Source: Acidimicrobiia bacterium (GTDB taxonomy: Bacteria; Actinomycetota; Acidimicrobiia; Spongiisociales; ZC4RG35). From it: a stretch of 36,225 nucleotides of DNA. This document shows positions 33,955 to 36,225 of this stretch, in pieces. Under the pieces are notes generated by a model that ran no database searches, was not told where the DNA came from, and worked only from the letters and a program-made list of their open reading frames with translations. The stretch is taken from assembly GCA_029865445.1 (NCBI GenBank), contig JAOUGY010000002.1, positions 1 through 36,225 of the forward strand, given 5' to 3'. How positions within the stretch are numbered: the stretch's first letter is position 1; each line of letters begins with the position of its first letter. The position numbers and the translations under genes were made by a program.

Positions 33955-34325
33955 TCCTCGATGCCGGGTTCTTCGTCTCCATCGACCGGGGCGAGCGTCG
34001 AGCCCGCGAGTTCCTGACAGCCGCCCAGTCCAAGGGCAGACAGCTCCACTCGACCCACCCCGTGCTCGCGCAGGTCTGGCGCAACGGCTCGCAGCAGGCA
34101 CGCCTCGCCAGACTGCTGGAAGCGATCGAGCTGCATCCGATGGACGACGGTCGGACGGTTGGCTCACTCCTTGCCCGCGCCGGAACGAGCGACGTGGTCG
34201 ACGCTCATCTCGTTGTGACCGCCGTGAGGCTCTCGGAGCCGATCATGACCACTGACACCGCCGACATCGAGAGGCTCGTCGGTGCGCTCCCGGGGCCGCG
34301 CCCCGTCGTCCACGCTTGGCGCTGA
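33951..34325 (+). CDS. vapC: PIN-domain toxin (VapC-like)
   Basis: 124 aa. N-terminal ILDAGFF acidic motif and C-terminal IMTTDTADI motif. GTG start at the GTGA overlap (33951-33954). Confidence 0.7.
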   Translation: MILDAGFFVSIDRGERRAREFLTAAQSKGRQLHSTHPVLAQVWRNGSQQARLARLLEAIELHPMDDGRTVGSLLARAGTSDVVDAHLVVTAVRLSEPIMTTDTADIERLVGALPGPRPVVHAWR

Positions 34326-34595
34326 ACGGCCCGGCTACGCGTTCGAGCGTCGGGATGCACGATGAAACCATCCCCCACGGAGGCGGCATCGGTGTGCCCG
34401 GGGTGGCATCACCGGACAAGTCCCCCCGCATTCGAGGTCGTGCCGTTCCAGACCGCCGCCTACCTGTCCAATCCATGCGTGGGTGACGGCTTTGGAGAGT
34501 GGTGGCGTCACGACGGCACGCTGTACCGACGACCGCCCCGGGGTCGGGCTTCCTGGCGAGGAATCCTGCTCGCCATCGCCGATCATCCCTCCCGC

Positions 34596-34622
34596 GAGAA
34601 ACGCGCCCCCGGCGCGTTTCTC
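34596..34622. terminator. Strong hairpin (12-bp perfect stem, CCC loop)
   Basis: GAGAAACGCGCC-CCC-GGCGCGTTTCTC. There is no U-tract. Confidence 0.45.
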
Positions 34623-34628
34623 GTCGAG

Positions 34629-34639
34629 CCCCCCCCCCC
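34629..34639. repeat. Homopolymer C11 (G11 on the minus strand)
   Basis: Read directly from the sequence, 6 nt after the hairpin. Confidence 0.95.
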
Positions 34640-34659
34640 TGCAGGCGCCTGAAGTGGTC

Positions 34660-35139
34660 TCAGGCGACCACCATGGGCCACGCCCGGAGACGCGCAGGGC
34701 CCGGCTGACGCGTGAGCAGGGCCTCGCCCGCCGCCCGTTCGAAGGCGGCGAGCGGGTGCTGGCGCGCCTCCTCTCGAACGGTCCCCGACCTTTGGCTCCT
34801 GGTAGAAGTGAACGGGTCAGGCTGCTCTCGAGGCCTACGACCGGTGTGTTCGGGTTGTCGCACTCCTCCACGAGTCTCCCCCCACGAGCGCGACGGCAAG
34901 TACCACAGCCCGTCGAACCGGTGGTCACCTTCGTCGAGGCCCTCGGGGAGGTTGAAGGCCCAGAACCTGGTGTCGACGCCCGGTAGCCCAGGCGCACATG
35001 GTTGGGTGAAGGTGAACGTCGGTTCAATCCAGACGCCGTCGACGTACAGCTCGAACAGCCGTCCGGCCGTGTGACACCCGGTGTCGTCACCGCCGCAACG
35101 ACGGATAGACCGATTCGCAAGGGATCCCGTGAAGGACAA
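34660..35139 (-). pseudogene. Frame-broken ORF downstream of the SDR gene
   Basis: The protein-like segment LFELYVDGVWIEPTFTFTQPCAPGLPGVDTRFWAFNLPEGLDEGDHRFDGLWYLP is followed by a frame switch at a G6 run (plus-strand C6 at 34878-34883). After the switch the sequence reads LVEECDNPNTPVVGLESSL. No family recognised. Confidence 0.25.
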
Positions 35140-35144
35140 CGGCT

Positions 35145-35921
35145 CTAGATCGTTCCCCGATACGACCCGCCATCCAGCTGGATGTTCTGCCCCGAGATGT
35201 ACCCGGTGTGGACACTGCACAGGTAGGCACACATGGCGCCGAACTCCTCGGGCCGGCCCATCCGCTTGGCAGCGATACTCTCGACCATCTCGGCCCGGGC
35301 GTCCTCGTAGCTCATGCCGGCGGAGGCGGCTCGACGCTGCGCCATGTACACCTGCCGTTCCGTGTCGATCCGCTCAGGGAGCAGGTTGTTGATCGTGATG
35401 TTGTCGGCGGCGACGTCACGCGACAGTGCCTTGCAGGCGGCGGTCAAGCCGGCGCGGGCACCCGCCGACAGGCCCATCACCGAAAACGGCGACTTGACCA
35501 TCTGGCTGGTGATGTTGACGATCCGCCCGAACCGCCGCTCCCGCATCGCGGGTACCACCGCCTTGATCATCATGATTGGCGCCAGCATGTTGGCCTCCAC
35601 CGCCCGCAGCCAATCCTCGTATTCGAACGAGAGCCAGTCGCCCGGCGGCGGACCCCAGTTGTTGTTGACGAGGATGTCCGGGTCGGGGCATGCTGCCAGC
35701 AGCGCTGCCCTTCCCTCACTGGTGTTGATGTCGGCTGCGACGCCGTTCACCTCCACACCCAGCGCTTCGATCTCGGCGGCTGCGGCGTCGAGATGTCCTC
35801 GGTCGAGCCCGTTGATGGTGACGTGGACACCCTCGCGGGCGAGCGCCACCGCGCATGCCTTGCCCAACCCACGACTCGAGGCAGTGAGCAGCGCCCTTCT
35901 TCCCTGGATACCGAGATCCAT
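35145..35921 (-). CDS. SDR family oxidoreductase (atypical, BKR-like)
   Basis: TASSRGLG glycine-rich motif and NNNWGPPPG. No YxxxK Tyr is visible (TAACK). Same subtype as the gene at 18475-19260. Confidence 0.85.
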   Translation of the reverse strand: MDLGIQGRRALLTASSRGLGKACAVALAREGVHVTINGLDRGHLDAAAAEIEALGVEVNGVAADINTSEGRAALLAACPDPDILVNNNWGPPPGDWLSFEYEDWLRAVEANMLAPIMMIKAVVPAMRERRFGRIVNITSQMVKSPFSVMGLSAGARAGLTAACKALSRDVAADNITINNLLPERIDTERQVYMAQRRAASAGMSYEDARAEMVESIAAKRMGRPEEFGAMCAYLCSVHTGYISGQNIQLDGGSYRGTI

Positions 35922-35933
35922 CTCGTACCTCCT

Positions 35934-36225
35934 TCAGATCGTGAGCCCCGCCTGCCGCAGAAACCCCAGTCCGTCGCCGAAATACCAGGCCTCGGTGATG
36001 AGTTCGTTTTCGAGCCGCCACAGCCCGACCTCGATCACGTCGATGTCACGGCCTGTCGCCGGCACGCCGTAGAAGTCTCCGCTGTGAGTGCCGAGCACCC
36101 GCCAGATCCCGAACACGGTGTCGCCCCGGGGCTCCATGTGCATCAGCACGATCGACTTTTTGGCGAGCGAGCCGTCCGTCATCCCCGAGCCGCCCCACAA
36201 CTCGCCGAGGTTCTTGAACCCCGGC
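35934..36225 (-). CDS. SnoaL-like / ester-cyclase (NTF2-fold) protein, 5' end outside the window
   Basis: GTHSGDFYGVPATGRDIDV...ELITEAWYFGD pattern. The frame stays open to the window edge. Confidence 0.6.
   Translation of the reverse strand, partial: PGFKNLGELWGGSGMTDGSLAKKSIVLMHMEPRGDTVFGIWRVLGTHSGDFYGVPATGRDIDVIEVGLWRLENELITEAWYFGDGLGFLRQAGLTI

Larger units (their letters stand above)
34362..34652 (+). pseudogene. Signal-less, truncated paralog of the 32906-33373 secreted protein
   Basis: TSPPAFEVVPF..LSNPCVG..DGTLY aligns with TNSPVHEEIPF..LPNPCLG..DGVLY (about one third identity over ~44 aa by eye). Similarity ends after ~60 aa, and the ORF runs into a hairpin and a C11 tract. Confidence 0.3.

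Noticed and set aside
33594-34325. 243-aa version of the PIN ORF
   Set aside because: The N-terminal 119 aa are junk-like and overlap vapB in another frame. The GTG at the GTGA overlap (33951) gives a normal-sized PIN protein.

Overview
Visibly high-GC, Actinobacteria-like chromosomal segment. Supporting signs: G/C-dominated third codon positions, frequent GTG/TTG starts, many 4-nt ATGA/GTGA gene overlaps, and a luciferase-like (F420-type) oxidoreductase. About 38 protein genes are supported, almost all for transport or catabolism. All product calls come from motif recognition by eye, because no searches could be run.
(i) 485-9240: a NitT/TauT-type ABC importer (one lipoprotein binding protein, two permeases, two ATPases). 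It is flanked by a beta-hydroxyacid dehydrogenase, a Gfo/Idh/MocA oxidoreductase, and an operon of an Ldh_2 (ComC-like) dehydrogenase plus a split TPP decarboxylase (ComD/ComE-like). Together this is a candidate C3-sulfonate route.
(ii) 10816-16221: TPP enzyme, amidohydrolase-2, aldo/keto reductase, IclR regulator and Gfo/Idh/MocA.
(iii) 18475-32772: two divergent operons (8 + 5 genes) encoding a CoA-ester pathway. Genes include a family III CoA-transferase, CitE-like lyase, acyl-CoA dehydrogenase, a two-subunit MaoC hydratase, an ADP-forming acyl-CoA synthetase, a TPP enzyme, a formamidase, a cyclase, an LLM oxidoreductase and an MFS transporter.
(iv) 32.9-35.1 kb: a small accessory patch with a secreted small protein, a VapBC toxin-antitoxin pair, a decayed paralog, frame-broken ORFs and a C11 tract.
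No rRNA, tRNA, CRISPR array, transposase or integrase was seen, and no obvious new protein-based system.
The most unusual content is non-coding. First, a ~190-250-nt GC-rich structured repeat family has three copies with compensatory base changes and terminal inverted repeats. Second, two composite intergenic elements share one architecture: a long 7-nt tandem array starting 1-4 nt after a stop codon, then an identical 22-nt hairpin module, then a second short 7-nt array. The heptamer sequences differ between the two loci. A related 8-nt AGTC array sits in a third operon gap.
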